64,000 nucleotides of DNA. Origin: Eledone cirrhosa. Lineage: Eukaryota. This document shows positions 1 to 13,900 of the stretch, one piece after another. Location of the stretch: positions 9,486,001 to 9,550,000 of the forward strand of contig OZ024741.1 of assembly GCA_964016885.1 (NCBI GenBank), given 5' to 3'. The notes under the pieces are model-generated. The model ran no database searches and was not told the origin of the DNA. It saw only the letters and a program-made list of their open reading frames with translations. How positions within the stretch are numbered: position 1 is the stretch's first letter; each line of letters opens with the position of its first letter. Position numbers and translations under genes: made by a program.

Positions 1-1769
1 CTAAAAGTACCACAGTGTTGTAACTAAAGGTACCACAGTGTTGAAACTAAAGCTATCAGAGTGTTGAAACTAAAGGTACCACAGTGATGTAACTAAATGT
101 ACCAGAGTGTTGAAACTAAAGGTACCACAGTGTTGAAATTAAAGTTACCACAGTGTTGAAACTAAAGGTATCACAGTGTTGAAACTAAAGGTACCACAGT
201 GTTGAAACGAAAGGTACCACAGTTTTGAAACCAAAGGTATCAGAGTGTTGAAACTAAAGGTACCACAGTGATGTATCTAAATGTACCAGAGTGTTGAAAC
301 TAAAGGTATCAGATTGTTGAAACTAAAGTTATCAGATTGTTGAAACTAAATGTACCACAGTGATGTAACTAAAGGTACCACAGTGTTGAAACCAACGGTA
401 CCACAGTGTTGTAACTAAAGGTACCACAGTGTTGTAACTAAAGGTAATAGAGTGTTGAAACTAAAGGTTCCACAGTGTTGAAACTAAAGGTACCACTGTG
501 TTGAAACTAAAGGTACCACAGTGTTGAAATGAAAGGTACCACAGTGTTGAAACTAAAGGTAATAAAGTGTTGTAACTAAAGGTACCACAGTGTTGAAACT
601 AAAGGTATCAGAGCGTTGAAACAAAATCTACCACAATGATGTAACTAAGTGTACCAGAGTCTTGAAACTAAGGGTACCACAGTGATGAAACTAAATGTAC
701 CAGAGTGTTGTAACTAAAGGTACAACAGTGTTGAAATTAAAGGTACCACAGTGTTGAAACTAAAGGTACCACAGTGTTGAAACTAAAGGTACCACAGTGT
801 TGAAACTAATGGTATAACAGTGTTGAAACTAAAGGTACCACAGTGATGTAACTAAAGGTACCACAGTGTTCAATCTAAAGATACCATGTGTTGTAACTAA
901 AGATACCACAGTGTTGTAATTAAAGGTACCGCAGTGTTGAAACTAAAGGTATCACAGTGTCGAAACTAAAGGTACGACAGTGTTGAAACTAAAGGTACCA
1001 CAGTGTTGAAACTAAAGATATCACAGTTTTGAAACTAAAGGTACCACAGTGATATAACTAAAGGTACCAAAACGTTGTAACTAAATGTACCAGAGTGTTC
1101 AAACTAAATGTATCATAGTGTTGAAACTAAAGGTACCTCAGTGTTGAAACTAAAAGTACCACAGTGTTGAAACTAAAGGTATCACAGTGTTGAAACTAAA
1201 CTACCACAGTGTTGAAACTAAAGCTACCACAGTGTTGAAACTAAAGTACCACAGTGTTGAATCTAAAGGTATCACAGTTTTGAAACTAAAGGTACCACAG
1301 TGTTGAAACTAAAGGTATCACGGTGTTAACCTAAAGATTCCACAGTGATGTAAATAAAGATACCACAGTGTTGAAACTAATGCTATCAGAGTGTTGAAAC
1401 TAAAGGTACCACAGTGATGTAACTAAATGTACCAGAGTGTTGAAACTGAAGGTACCACAGTGTTGAAACTAAAGGTATCACAGTGTTGAAACTAAAGGTA
1501 CCACAGTGTTGAAACTAAAGGTACCACAGTGTTGAAACTAAAGGTATCACAGTGTTGAAACTAAAGGTATCACAGTGTTGAAATTAAAGGTACCACAGTG
1601 TTGAAACTAAAGATACCACAGTGTTGAAACTAAAGGTATCACAGTGTTGAAACTAAAGGTACCACAGTGATGTAACTAAAGGTACCATAGTGTTGTAACT
1701 AAAGGTACCACAGTGTTGTAACTAAAGATACCACAGTGTTGAAACTAAAGGTACCACAGTGTTGAAACT

Positions 1770-2400
1770 AAAGGTACCACAGTGTTGAATCTAAATGTAT
1801 CACAGTGTTGAGACTAAAGGTACCACAGTGTTGAAACTAAAGGTACCACAGTGTTGAAACTAAAGGTACCACGGTGTTGAAACTAAAGGTATCAGAGTGT
1901 TGAAACTAAAGGTACCACAGTGTTGAAACTAAAAGTACCACAGTGTTGTAACTAAAGGTACCACAGTGTTGAAACTAAAGCTATCAGAGTGTTGAAACTA
2001 AAGGTACCACAGTGATGTAACTAAATGTACCAGAGTGTTGAAACTAAAGGTACCACAGTGTTGAAATTAAAGTTACCACAGTGTTGAATCTAAAGGTATC
2101 ACAGTGTTGAGACTAAAGGTACCACAGTGTTGAAACTAAAGGTACCACAGTGTTGAAACTAAAGGTACCACGGTGTTGAAACTAAAGGTATCAGAGTGTT
2201 GAAACTAAAGGTACCACAGTGTTGAAACTAAAAGTACCACAGTGTTGTAACTAAAGATACCACAGTGTTGAAACTAATGCTATCAGAGTGTTGAAACTAA
2301 AGGTACCACAGTGATGTAACTAAATGTACCAGAGTGTTGAAACTGAAGGTACCACAGTGTTGAAATTAAAGTTACCACAGTGTTGAAACTAAAGGTATCA
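1770..2400. repeat. Local tandem duplication of about 299 bp (13 monomers)
   Basis: The variant TTGAGAC (AGAC at 1811 and 2110, offset 299) recurs with the same following variant order (CACGGTG, AAAAGTACC, GCTATCAG, GATGTAAC, AATTAAAGTTACC). Confidence 0.75.
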
Positions 2401-5400
2401 CAGTGTTGAAACTAAAGGTACCACAGTGTTGAGACTAAAGGTACCACAGTGTTGAAACTAAAGGTACCACAGTGTTGAAACTAAAGGTACCACGGTGTTG
2501 AAACGAAAGGTATCAGAGTGTTGAAACTAAAGGTACCACAGTGTTGAAACTAAAGTACCACAGTGTTGAAACTAAAGGTACCAAAACGTTGTAACTAAAT
2601 GTACCAGAGTGTTCAAACTAAATGTATCATAGTGTTGAAACTAAAGGTACCTCAGTGTTGAAACTAAAAGTACCACAGTGTTGAAACTAAAGGTATCACA
2701 GTGTTGAAACTAAACTACCACAGTGTTGAAACTAAAGCTACCACAGTGTTGAAACTAAAGTACCACAGTGTTGAATCTAAAGGTATCACAGTTTAGAAAC
2801 TAAAGGTACCACAGTGTTGAAACTAGAGGTACCACGGTGGTGAACCTAAAGGTTCCACAGTGATGTAACTAAAGATACCACAGTGTTGAAACTAATGCTA
2901 TCAGAGTGTTGAAACTAAAGGTACCACAGTGATGTAACTAAATGTACCAGAGTGTTGAAACTGAAGGTACCACAGTGTTGAAATTAAAGTTACCACAGTG
3001 TTGAAACTAAAGGTATCGCAGTGTTGAAACTAAAGGTACCACAGTGTTGAAACTAAAGGTACCACAGTGTTGAAACTAAAGGTATCACAGTGTTGAAACT
3101 AAAGGTATCACAGTGTTGAAATTAAAGGTACCACAGTGTTGTAACTAAAGGTAATAGAGTGTTGAAACTAAAGGTTCCACAGTGTTGAAACTAAGGGTAC
3201 CACTGTGTTGAAACTTAAGGTACCACAGTGTTGAAATGAAAGGTACCACAGTGTTGAAACTAAAGGTAATAGAGTGTTGTAACTAAAGGTACCACAGTGT
3301 TGAAACTAAAGGTATTACAGCGTTGAAACAAAATCTACCACAATGATGTAACTAAGTGTACCAGAGTCTTGAAACTAAGGGTACCACAGTGATGAAACTA
3401 AATGTACCAGAGTGTTGTAACTAAAGGTACAACAGTGTTGAAATTAAAGGTACCGCAGTGTTGAAACTAAAGGTACCACAGTGTTGAAACTAAAGGTACC
3501 ACAGTGTTGAAACTAATGGTATAACAGTGTTGAAACTAAAGGTACCACAGTGATGTAACTAAAGGTACCACATTGTTGAATCTAAAGGTACCATGGTGTT
3601 GTAACTAAAGATACCACAGTGTTGTAATTAAAGGTACCGCAGTGTTGAAACTAAAGGTACCACAGTGTCGAAACTAAAGGTACGACAGTGTTGAAACTAA
3701 AGGTACCACAGTGTTGAAACTAAAGATATCACAGTGTTGAAACTAAAGGTACCACAGTGATGTAACTAAAGGTACCAAAACGTTGTAACTAAATGTACCA
3801 GAGTGTTCAAACTAAATGTATCATAGTGTTGAAACTAAAGGTACCTCAGTGTTGAAACTAAAAGTACCACAGTGTTGAATCTAAAGGTATCACAGTTTTG
3901 AAACTAAAGGTACCACAGTGTTGAAACTAAAGGTACCACGGTGGTAAACCTAAAGGTTCCACAGTGATGTAACTGAAGGTACCACAGTGTTGAATCTAAA
4001 GGTATCAGAGTGTTGAAACTAAAGGTACCAGAGTGATGTAACTAAATGTACAACAGTTTTGAAACTAAATGTACCACAATGTTGTAACTAAAGGTACCAC
4101 AGTGTTACACATAAAGGTACCACAGTGCTGAAACTAAAGGTATCAGAATCTTGTAACTAAAGTTACCACAGTGTTGAAATTAAAGATGTCACAGTGTTGA
4201 AACTAAAGGTGTCACAGTATTGTAACTAAAGGTACCTCATTGCTGTAACTAAGTGTACAATAGTGTTGAAACTAATGGTACCACAGTGTTGTAACTAAAG
4301 GTACGACAGTGTTCAAACTAAAGGTACCACAGTGTTGTAACTAAATGTACCACAGTTTTGGAACTCACGCTATCAGAATGTTGAAACTAAAGGTACCACA
4401 GTGTTGAAACTAAAGGTATCAGAGTGTTGAAACTAAAGGTACCACAGTCTTGAAACTAAAGGTACCACAGTGTTGAAACTAAAGGTATCACAGTGTTGAA
4501 ACTAAAGGTACCACAGTGTTGAAACTAAAGGTACCACAGTGTTGAAACTAAAGGTATCACAGTGTTGAAACTAAAGGTACCACAGTGTTGAAACGAAAGG
4601 TACCACAGTTTTGAAACTAAAGGTATCAGATTGTTGAAACTAAAGTTATCAGATTGTTGAAACTAAAGGTACCACAGTGATGTAATTAATGGTACCACAG
4701 TGTTGTAACTAAAGGTACCACAGTGTTGTAACTAAAGGTAATAGAGTGTTGAAACTAAAGGTTCCACAGTGTTGAAACTAAAGGTACCACTGTGTTGAAA
4801 CTTAAGGTACCACAGTGTTGAAATGAAAGGTACCACAGTGTTGAAACTAAAGGTAATAGAGTGTTGTAACTAAAGGTACCACAGTGTTGAAACTAAAGGT
4901 ATCAGAGCGTTGAAACAAAATCTACCACAATGATGTAACTAAGTGTACCAGAGTCTTGAAACTAAGGGTACTACAGTGATGAAACTAAATGTACCAGAGT
5001 GTTGTAACTAAAGGTACCACAGTGATGTAACTAAAGGTACCACATTGTTGTATCTAAAGGTACCATGGTGTTGTAACTAAAGATACCACAGTGTTGTAAT
5101 TAAAGGTACCGCAGTGTTGAAACTAAAGGTACCACAGTGTCGAAACTAAAGGTACGACAGTGTTGAAACTAAAGGTACCACAGTGTTGAAACTAAAGATA
5201 TCACAGTGTTGAAACTAAAGGTACCACAGTGATGTAACTAAAGGTACCAAATCGTTGTAACTAAATGTACCAGAGTGTTCAAACTAAATGTATCATAGTA
5301 TTGAAACTAAAGGTACCTCAGTGTTGAAACTAAAAGTACCACAGTGTTGAAACTAAAGGTATCACAGTGTTGAAACTAAACTACCACAGTGTTGAAACTA

Positions 5401-7840
5401 AAGCTACCACAGTGTTGAAACTAAAGGTATCACAGTTTTGAAACTAAAGGTACCACAGTGTTGAAACTAAAAGTACCACAGTGTTGTAACTAATGATACC
5501 ACAGTGTTGAAACTAATGCTATCAGAGTGTTGAAACTAAAGGTACCACAGTGATGTAACTAAATGTACCAGAGTGTTGAAACTGAAGGTACCACAGTGTT
5601 GAAATTAAAGTTACCACAGTGTTGAAACTAAAGGTATCACAGTGTTGAAACTAAAGGTACCACAGTGTTGAGACTAAAGGTACCACAGTGTTGAAACTAA
5701 AGGTACCACAGTGTTGAAACTAAAGGTACCACGATGTTGAAACTAAAGGTATCAGAGTGTTGAAACTAAAGGTACCACAGTGTTGAAACTAAAAGTACCA
5801 CAGTGTTGAAACTAAAAGTACCACAGTGATGTAACTAAAGGTACCAAAACGTTGTAACTAAATGTACCAGAGTGTTCAAACTAAATGTATCATAGTGTTG
5901 AAACTAAAGGTACCTCAGTGTTGAAACTAAAAGTACCACAGTGTTGAAACTAAATGTATCACAGTGTTGAAATTAAACTACCACAGTGTTGAAACTAAAG
6001 TACCACAGTGTTGAATCTAAAGGTATCACAGTTTTGAAACTAAAGGTACCACAGTGTTGAAACTAGAGGTACCACGGTGGTGAACCTAAAGGTTCCACAG
6101 TGATGTAACTAAAGATACCACAGTGTTGAAACTAATGCTATCAGAGTGTTGAAACTAAAGGTACCACAGTGATGTAACTAAATGTACCAGAGTGTTGAAA
6201 CTGAAGGTACCACAGTGTTGAAATTAAAGTTACCACAGTGTTGAAACTAAAGGTATCACAGTGTTGAAACTAAAGGTACCACAGTGTTGAAACTAAAGGT
6301 ACCACAGTGTTGAAACTAAAGGTACCACAGTGCTGAAACTAAAGGTACCACAGTGTTGAATCTAAAGGTATCACAGTGTTGAAACTAAAGGTACCACAGT
6401 GTTGAAACCAACGGTACCACAGTGTTGTAACTAAAGGTACCACAGTGTTGTAACTAAAGGTAATAGAGTGTTGAAACTAAAGGTTCCACAGTGTTGAAAC
6501 TAAAGGTACCACTGTGTTGAAACTTAAGGTACCACAGTGTTGAAATGAAAGGTACCACAGTGTTGAAACTAAAGGTAATAGAGTGTTGTAACTAAAGGTA
6601 CCACAGTGTTGAAACTAAAGGTATTACAGCGTTGAAACAAAATCTACCACAATGATGTAACTAAGTGTACCAGAGTCTTGAAACTAAGGGTACCACAGTG
6701 ATGAAACTAAATGTACCAGAGTGTTGTAACTAAAGGTACAACAGTGTTGAAATTAAAGGTACCACAGTGTTGAAACTAAAGGTACCACAGTGTTGAAACT
6801 AAAGGTACCACAGTGTTGAAACTAATGGTATAACAGTGTTGAAACTAAAGGTACCACAGTGATGTAACTAAAGGTACCACAGTGTTGAATCTAAAGGTAC
6901 GATGGTGTTGTAACTAAGGATACCACAGTGTTGTAATTAAAGGTACCGCAGTGTTGAAACTAAAGGTACCACAGTGTCGAAACTAAAGGTACGACAGTGT
7001 TGAAACTAAAGGTACCACAGTGTTGAAACTAAAGATATCACAGTGTTGAAACTAAAGGTACCACAGTGATGTAACTAAAGGTACCAAAACGTTGTAACTA
7101 AATGTACCAGAGTGTTCAAACTAAATGTATCATAGTGTTGAAACTAAAGGTACCTCAGTGTTGAAACTAAAAGTACCACAGTGTTGAAACTAAAGGTATC
7201 ACAGTGTTGAAACTAAACTACCACAGTGTTGAAACTAAAGCTACCACAGTGTTGAAACTAAAGTACCACAGTGTTGAATCTAAAGGTATCACAGTTTTGA
7301 AACTAAAGGTACCACAGTGTTGAAACTAATGGTACCACGGTGGTGAACCTAAAGGTTCCACAGTGATGTAACTGAAGGTACCACAGTGTTGAATCTAAAG
7401 GTATCAGAGTGTTGAAACTAAAGTTACCAGAGTGATGTAACTAAATGTACAACAGTTTTGAAACTAAATGTACCACAATGTTGTAACTAAAGGTACCACA
7501 GTGTTACACATAAAGGTACCACAGTGCTGAAACTAAAGGTATCAGAATCTTGTAACTAAAGTTACCACAGTGTTGAAATTAAAGATGTCACAGTGTTGAA
7601 ACTAAAGGTGCCACAGTATTGTAACTAAAGGTACCTCATTGCTGTAACTAAGTGTACAATAGTGTTGAAACTAATGGTACCACAGTGTTGTAACTAAAGG
7701 TACGACAGTGTTCAAACTAAAGGTACCACAGTCTTGGAACTCACGCTATCAGAATGTTGAAACTAAAGGTACCACAGTGTTGAAACTAAAGGTATCAGAG
7801 TGTTGAAACTAAAGGTACCACAGTCTTGAAACTAAAGGTA
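2200..7840. repeat. Diverged duplication with a period of about 3.2-3.4 kb (about 2200-4450 recurs at about 5450-7840)
   Basis: Shared rare variants: AACTAGAGGTACCACGGTGG 2821/6061, GTATTACAGCG 3312/6621, TTACACATAA 4105/7504, CCTCATTGCTG about 4236/7634, CTCACGCTATC about 4364/7740. Confidence 0.8.
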
Positions 7841-7969
7841 CCACAGAGTTGAAACTAAAGGTATCAGAGTGTTGAAACTAAAGGTACCACGGTGGTGAAA
7901 CTAAAGGTACCACAGTGATGTAACTAAAGGTACAACAGTGTTGTAACTAAAGGTACCACAGTGTTGTAA

Positions 7970-10900
7970 CTAAAGGTACCACAGTGTTGTGACTAAAGAT
8001 ACCACAGTTTTGAAACTAAAGGTACCACAGTGTTGAAACTAATGATACCACAGTGTTGAAACTAAAGGTACCACAGTGTTGAATCTAAAGCTATCACAGT
8101 GTTGAGACTAAAGGTACCACAGTGTTGAAACTAAAGGTACCACAGTGTTGAAACTAAAGGTACCACGGTGTTGAAACTGAAGGTATCAGAGTGTTGAAAC
8201 TAAAGGTACCACAGTGTTGAAACTAAAAGTACCACAGTGTTGTAACTAAAGATACCACAGTGTTGAAACTAATGCTATCAGAGTGTTGAAACTAAAGGTA
8301 CCACAGTGATGTAACTAAATGTACCAGAGTGTTGAAACTGAAGGTACCACAGTGTTGAAATTAAAGTTACCACAGTGTTGAAACTAAAGGTATCACAGTG
8401 TTGAAACTAAAGGTACCACAGTGTTGAAACTAAAGGTACCACAGTGTTGAAACTAAAGGTATCACAGTGTTGAAACTAAAGGTATCACAGTGTTGAAATT
8501 AAAGGTACCACAGTGTTGAAACTAACGGTATCACAGTGTTGAAACTAAAGGTACCACAGTGATGTAACTAAAGGTACCACAGTGTTGAAACTAAAGGTAC
8601 CCCACTCTTGAAACTAAAGGTATCAGAAGGGTGTAATTAAAGGTACCACAGTGTTGTAACTAAAGATACCACAGTGTTGAAACTAAAGGTACGACAGTGT
8701 TGAAAATAAATGTACCAGAGTGTTGAAACTAATGGTACCACATTGTTGAAACTAAAGGTACCACAGTGATGTAACTAAATGTACCAGAGTGTTGAAACTA
8801 AAGGTACCACAGTGATGAAACTAGAGGCACCACAGTCTTCAAACTAAAGATACCACGATGTTGTAACTAAATGTACCACAGTGTTGAATATAAAGGTACC
8901 ACAGTGTTGAAACAAAAGATACCACAGTGATGAATCTAAAGGTATCACAGTTTTGAACCTAATGGTACCACAGTGTTGAAACTAAAAGTACCACAGTGTT
9001 GAAACTAAAGGTATCACAGTGTTGAAACTAAAGGTACCACAGTGTTGAAACTAAAGGTTCCACAGTGTTGTAACTTAAGGTACCACAGTGTTGAAAGTAA
9101 AGGTACCACAATGTTGTAACTAAAGGTACCACAGTGTTGAATATAAAGGTACCACAGTGTTGAAACAAAAGATACCACAGTGATGAATCTAAAGGTATCA
9201 CAGTTTTGAACCTAATGGTACCACAGTGTTGAAACTAAAAGTACCACAGTGTTGAAACTAAAGGTATCACAGTGTTGAAACTAAAGGTACCACAGTGTTG
9301 AAACTAAAGGTTCCACAGTGTTGTAACTTAAGGTACCACAGTGTTGAAAGTAAAGGTACCACAGTGTTGAAACTAAAGGTAACAGTGTGTTGTAATTAAA
9401 GGTACCACAGTGTTGGAACTAAAGGTACCACAGTGTTGAAACTAAAGAAATCACTGTGTCGAAACTAAAGGTACCACAGTGTTGAAACTAAAGGGACCAT
9501 AGTGTTGAAACTAAAGGTACCACAGTGTTGAAACTAAAGCTACCACAGTGTTGAAACTAAAGGGATCACAGTTTTGAAACTAAAGGTAATTGAGTGTTGA
9601 AACTAAAGGTACCACAGTGTTGAAACAAAAGGTACCACAGTGTTGAAACTAAAGGTAACAGTGTGTTGTAACTAAAGGTACCACAGTGTTGAAACTAAAG
9701 AAATCACAGTGTCGAAACTAAATGTACCACAGTGTTGAAACTAAAGGGACCACAGTGTTGAAACTAAAGGTACCACAGTGTTGAAACTAAAGGTATCACA
9801 GTTTTGAAACTAAAGGTAGTTGAGTGTTGTAACTAAAGGTTCCACAGTGTTGAAGATATAGGTACCACAGTGTTGAATCTGAAGGTACCACAGTGATGTA
9901 ACTAATGGTACCATAGTGTTGAATCTAAAGTTACCACAGTGTTGAAACTAAAGGTACCACAGTGTTGAAACTAAAGATATCAGAGTGTTGAAACTAAATG
10001 TACCACAGTGTTGTAACTCAAGGTACCAGAGTGTTGAAACTAATGGTATCAGAATGTTGAAACTAAAGGTACCGCTGTGATGTAACTAAAAGTACCAGAG
10101 TGTTGAAACTAAAGGTACCACAGTGTTGTAACTAAATGTATCACAGTGCTCTAACTAGATGTAGCACAGTGTTGAAACTAAAGGTATCAGAATGTTGAAA
10201 CTAAAGGTACCACAGTGTTGAAACTAAAGGTAGCACAGTGTTGAAACTAAATGTACCACAGTGTTGAAACTAAAGGTACCACAGTGATGTAATTAAATGT
10301 ACCACAGTGTTGAATCTAAAGGTACCACAGTGTTGAAACTAAAGGTACCACAGTGCTGTACCTAAATGTACCACAGTGTTGAAACTAATGGTACCACAAT
10401 GTTGTAACTAAAGGTACAACAGTGTTGAAACTAAAGCTATTACAGTGTTGAAACTAAAGGTACCACAGTGTTGAAACTAAATGTACCACAGTGTTGAAAC
10501 TAGAGGTACCACAGTGTTTAAACTAAAGGTATCAGAGTGTTGAAACTAAAGGTACCACAGTGATGTAACTAAATGTAAAACAGTGTTGAATCTAAAGGTA
10601 CCACACTGTTGAAACTAAAGGTACCACAGTGTTGAAACTAAAGGTACCACAGTCTTGAAACTAAAGGTATCAGAAGGTTGTAATTAAAGGTACCACAGTG
10701 TTGTAACTAAAGGTACCACAGTGATGTAACTAAATGTAACACAATGTTGAATCTAAAGGTACCACAGTGTTGAAACTAAAGGTATCACAGTGTTGAAACT
10801 AAAGGTACCACAGTGGTGAAACTAAAGGTACCACAGTGTTGAAACTGAAGGTACCACGGTGTTGAAACTAAAGGTATCAGAATGTTGAAACTAAAGGTAC

Positions 10901-13900
10901 CACATTTTAAAACTAAAAGTACCACATTGTTGTAACTAAAGGTACCACAGTGTTGAAACTAAAGTTATCAGAGTGTTGAAACTAAAGTTACCACAGTGAT
11001 GTAACTAAATGTACCAGAGTCTTGAAACTAAAGGTACCACAATGATGAAACTAAATGTACCAGGGTGTTGAAACTAAAGGTACCACAGTGTTGAAACTAA
11101 AGGTACCACAGTGTTGTAACTAAAGGTACCACAGTGTTGAAACTAAAGGTACCAAAGTGTTGCAACTAAAGGTACCACAGTGTTGAAACAAGAAGTACCA
11201 CAGTGTTGTAAGTAAAGGTACCACAGTATTGTAACTAAAGATTCCACTGTGTTGAAACTAAAGGTATCAGAGTGTTTAAACTAAAAGTACCACAGAGTTG
11301 AATCTAAAGGTATCACAGGGTTGAAACTAAAGCTACCACAGTGTTGAAACTAAAGTACCACAGTTTTGAAACTAAAAGTATCACAGTGTTGAAATTAAAG
11401 TACCACAGTGCTGAAACTAAATGTACCACAGTGTTGAAAGTAAAGTTACCACATTGTTGTAACTAAAGGTACCACAGTGTTGAAACTAAAGGTACCAAAG
11501 TATTGAAACTAAAGGTACTACAGTTTTGAAAGTAAATGTTCCACAGTGTTGAGACTAAAGGTACCAGAGTGTTGAAACTAAAGGTATCACAGTGTTGAAA
11601 CTAAAGGTACCACAGTGTTGAAACTAAAGGTACCACAGTTTTGAAACTAAAGGTACTACACCGTTGAAACTAAAGGTATCAGTGTGTTGAAAATTAAGGT
11701 ACCACAATGTTAAAAATTAAGGTACCACAGTGTTGAAGCTAAAGGTATCACAGTGTTGAAGCTAAAGGTATCAGAGTGTTGAAACTAAAGGTAGCACAGT
11801 GTTGAAACTAAATGTACCACAGTGTTGAAACTAAAGGTACCACATTGATGTATCTAAATGTACCAGAGTGTTGAAACTAAAGGTATCAGATTGTTGAAAC
11901 TAAAGGTACCACTGTGTTGACACTAAAGGTACCACAGTGTTGAAATGAAAGGTACCACAGTGTTGAAACTAAAGGTATCAGAGCGTTGAAACAAAATCTA
12001 CCACAATGATGTAACTAAGTGTACCAGAGTTTTGAAACTAAGGGTACCACAGTGATGAAACTAAATGTACCAGAGTGTTGTAACTAAAGGTACAACAGTG
12101 TTGAAATTAAAGGTACCACAGTGTTGAAACTAAAGGTATCACAGTGTTGAAACTAAAGGTACCATGGTGTTGTAAGTAAAGGTACCACAGTGTTGAAACG
12201 AAAGGTACCACAGTGTTGAAACTAAAGGTATCAGAGTGTTGAAATTAAAGGTACCACAGTGATGTATCTAAATGTACCAGAGTTTTGAAACTAAAGGAAT
12301 CAGATTGTTGAAACTAAAGGTATCAGATTGTTGAAACTAAAGGTACTACAGTGATGTAACTAAAGGTACCACAGTGTTGAAACCAACGGTACCACAGTGT
12401 TGTAACTAAAGGTACCACAGCGTTGTAACTAAAGGTAATAGAGTGTTGAAACTAAAGGTTCCACAGTGTTGAAACTAAAGGTACCACTGTGTTGAAAATA
12501 AAGGTACAACAGTTTTGAAATTAAAGGTACCACAGTGTTGAAACTAAATGTAATAGAGCGTTGTAACTAAAGGTACCACAGTGTTGAAACTAAAGGTATC
12601 ATAGCGTTGAAACAAAATCTACCACAATGATGTAACTAAGTGTACCAGAGTCTTGAAACTAAGGGTAGCACAGTGATGAAACTAAATGTACCAGAGTGTT
12701 GTAACTAAAGGTACAACAGTGTTGAAATTAATAGGTACCACAGTGTTGAAACTAAAGGTATCACAGTGTTGAAACTAAAGGTACCACAGTGTTGAAACTA
12801 AAGGTACCACAGTGTTGAAACTAAAGGTATAACAGTGTTGAAACTAAAGGTACCACAGTGATCTAACTAAAGGTACCACAGTGTTGAAACTAAAGGTACC
12901 ACAGTGTTGTGACTAAAGATACCACAGTTTTGAAACTAAAGGTACCACAGTGTTGAAACTAATGATACCACAGTGTTGAAACTAAAGGTACCACAGTGTT
13001 GAATCTAAAGCTATCACAGTGTTGAGACTAAAGGTACCACAGTGTTGAAACTAAAGGTACCACAGTGTTGAAACTAAAGGTACTACGGTGTTGAAACTAA
13101 AGGTATCAGAGTGTTGAAACTAAAGGTACCACAGTGTTGAAACTAAAAGTACCACAGTGTTGTAACTAAATATACCACAATGTTGAAACTAATGCTATCA
13201 GAGTGTTGAAACTAAAGGTACCACAGTGATGTAACTAAATGTACCAGAGTGTTGAAACTGAAGGTACCACAGTGTTGAAATTAAAGTTACCACAGTGTTG
13301 AAACTAAAGGTATCACAGTGTTGAAACTAAAGGTACCACAGTGTTGAAACTAAAGGTACCACAGTGTTGAAACTAAAGGTATCACAGTGTTGAAACTAAA
13401 GGTATCACAGTGTTGAAATTAAAGGTACCACAGTGTTGAAACTAAAGGTACCACAGTGTTGAAACTAACGGTATCACAGTGTTGAAACTAAAGGTACCAC
13501 AGTGATGTAACTAAAGGTACCACAGTGTTGAAACTAAAGGTACCCCACTCTTGAAACTAAAGGTATCAGAAGGGTGTAATTAAAGGTACCACAGTGTTGT
13601 AACTAAAGATACCACAGTGTTGAAACTAAAGGTACGACAGTGTTGAAAATAAATGTACCAGAGTGTTGAAACTAATGGTTCCACATTGTTGAAACTAAAG
13701 GTACCACAGTGATGTAACTAAATGTACCAGAGTGTTGAAACTAAAGGTACCACAGTGATGAAACTAGAGGCACCACAGTCTTCAAACTAAAGATACCACG
13801 ATGTTGTAACTAAATGTACCACAGTGTTGAAACTAAAGGTACCGCAGTGTTGAAACTAAAGGTACCACAATGTTGTAACTAAAGGTACCACAGTGTTGAA

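Noticed and set aside
586-629. Functional V(D)J RSS (CACAGTG plus ACAAAATCT)
   Set aside because: The spacer is 28 bp rather than 12 or 23, and there are no V/D/J segments. Kept only as a speculative finding.
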